This document shows positions 62,825 to 64,000 of a DNA stretch of 64,000 nucleotides, one piece after another. The notes beneath the pieces were generated by a model. That model worked only from the letters and a program-made list of their open reading frames with translations. It searched no databases and was not told where the DNA came from. This DNA comes from Desulfosarcina sp. (GTDB lineage Bacteria; Desulfobacterota; Desulfobacteria; Desulfobacterales; Desulfosarcinaceae): positions 936 through 64,935 of the forward strand of contig JABZFO010000116.1 in the NCBI GenBank assembly GCA_014237405.1, written 5' to 3'. The position numbers and the translations under genes are program-made. The first letter of the stretch is position 1. Every line of letters begins with the position of its first letter.

Positions 62825-63273
62825 CGCCGACGGACAGCGGTCCGCACCAACCGAGCCAAGTGCCGATAGTAGTGAAAACTGCCCAGAAAGAGGGCACCGC
62901 CGATGGCTGTGTAAACGACGGCCAGGAAGGTTTTCGGGATCGGCAAGTGCCGCAGGGCGATTCCCAGGGCAATCATGATCATGATGATCAGATAGCTCTT
63001 CCAGGCCTGAAAGGCAAAAAAACACCCCCGATCCGGCAACTGCCGTAGGCGCCGAATGTTTTTTTTGGCAATGCTGCCAAACCCCCAGCGAACAGCCATA
63101 ACGGCCAGAACCAGTCCCGCCAGTTCAAACCCTGCGCCCCGAACGATTCCTTCGCGCGCCAGCCAGCCAACCCCGGTGGCGCACATCATGAAGCCCACGG
63201 CGCTCCACATCACCCCGGACGCGGCAAAAAGCCAACACTTGGGCACAGCTGGTTTGAGACGGGAAAGGGGCAT
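62821..63273 (-). CDS. Hypothetical integral membrane protein (150 aa, about 4 TM segments)
   Basis: Hydrophobic ORF with genome-like codon bias. It is convergent with the upstream response regulator gene and overlaps it by 4 nt. No family was recognised. Confidence 0.5.
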   Translation of the reverse strand: MPLSRLKPAVPKCWLFAASGVMWSAVGFMMCATGVGWLAREGIVRGAGFELAGLVLAVMAVRWGFGSIAKKNIRRLRQLPDRGCFFAFQAWKSYLIIMIMIALGIALRHLPIPKTFLAVVYTAIGGALFLGSFHYYRHLARLVRTAVRRR

Positions 63274-63408
63274 GGTCGCTTCTCATGTCGTAGGGTCTGG
63301 GCCACCACTCGCTGGTCGTCGCAGCGCCGTCCAACAGCATATCAGAGCCAGTATAGCCCAACCCGGGTCCATTGGCCACCGGTTTGTCCGCAGCTCCCGT
63401 TGCATCGA

Positions 63409-64000
63409 TCAGGGTCCGGCCAAGCGATAGTACAGGATGCCGATGTATTCGTGAAGGGCATCGGCGGATGCGCACAGGGCGCCGGCCCGGGGCAAAAAGT
63501 GTCTCCCGGTGTAAGGGGCGTCCCCGGCCGATAGAAAATAGGCGGGAAAGGGTGTAACAGGCATCCCGGCAGCATCGAATGCCATCCTGGCCCGTTTCAG
63601 GTGATAGGCGGAAGTAAGGAGGATGGGTTTCGTAAAGCCAAGCTGCCGGCAGATGGCGGTGGTGAGACGGGCATTCTGCGCCGTGTCCCGGGCCCGGTCT
63701 TCCACTATGACTAGATTATCCGGCACGCCCAAGTCCATCAGAAATCGTTTGGCTACTGTCGCTACGGCAGCATCCGCATCATCGTATACTCGGCCGCCGG
63801 TGACGATGATGGGAAGCCGCAACTGCTGGTAGAGCCTTACACCGCTGACGATCCGGCCCATCGTCAGCGGTGATGGCGCTGCGGTGCCAGTAAGATCCGG
63901 TACCCTGTCGATCATGCCACCGCCTAACAGGATGATCACGTCTCCCGAAGGATTTACCGGGATCGAAAAGTCCGATTCCAGCCCCTGCATCAGGAAATTG
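63409..64000 (-). CDS. YdcF/ElyC/SanA (DUF218) family protein, N-terminus beyond window end
   Basis: Contains VIILLGGG, IIVTGGRVYDD, EDRARDTAQNA and ILLTSAYHLKRA, typical of DUF218. The frame stays open to the window edge. Confidence 0.75.
   Translation of the reverse strand, partial: NFLMQGLESDFSIPVNPSGDVIILLGGGMIDRVPDLTGTAAPSPLTMGRIVSGVRLYQQLRLPIIVTGGRVYDDADAAVATVAKRFLMDLGVPDNLVIVEDRARDTAQNARLTTAICRQLGFTKPILLTSAYHLKRARMAFDAAGMPVTPFPAYFLSAGDAPYTGRHFLPRAGALCASADALHEYIGILYYRLAGP

Overview
This is a GC-rich 64-kb chromosomal segment. Gene content suggests a Desulfobacterota (deltaproteobacterial, Desulfobacterales-like) organism, but that is a guess from protein families, not a search result. 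I support about 57 protein-coding genes, mostly housekeeping or metabolic.

Gene content, in window order:
- ettA (5'-truncated), a YihY-family protein, DUF4126, a LysE exporter and a class-I DAHP synthase.
- A thiolase plus a FadB-like beta-oxidation pair, then an MBL hydrolase.
- DUF1848 and dusB, queF, sppA and polA.
- A prkA / yeaH-yhbH / spoVR stress module with an extra PrkA-like gene.
- A FadR-like regulator with glpD and an FGGY kinase, then recN and a Fur-FeoA fusion.
- A PilS/PilR-like two-component pair divergent from an XRE regulator plus pilMNOPQ.
- A leucine-catabolism-like cluster: HMG-CoA-lyase-like, enoyl-CoA hydratase, acyl-CoA dehydrogenase and a TetR regulator.
- A MarR-controlled RND efflux system (MFP, RND pump, TolC-like).
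- A MinD-like ATPase with a HisKA_2 kinase and a response regulator, and a YdcF-like gene cut by the window end.

I saw no rRNA, tRNA, CRISPR array, transposase or phage genes.

Main findings:
1. An interspersed family of about 140-bp rod-shaped palindromic intergenic elements has 7 copies plus one relative in this window. They share conserved internal loops, and their stems differ between copies while staying complementary. This could be a MITE/REP-like element or a structured RNA.
2. A 23-codon leader ORF rich in Phe and Tyr, with terminator and antiterminator alternatives, lies directly upstream of the DAHP synthase gene.
3. Smaller items:
- An unannotated 54-codon two-TM ORF in an AT-rich patch inside the prkA operon.
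- A Cys-rich mini-protein coupled to a DMT transporter.
- A radical-SAM-motif DUF1848 gene translationally coupled to dusB.
- Promoter/operator palindromes for the fad, fadR, tetR and marR units.
- An AT-rich pil gene island.

All calls come from reading the sequence and the ORF track. No database search was run.
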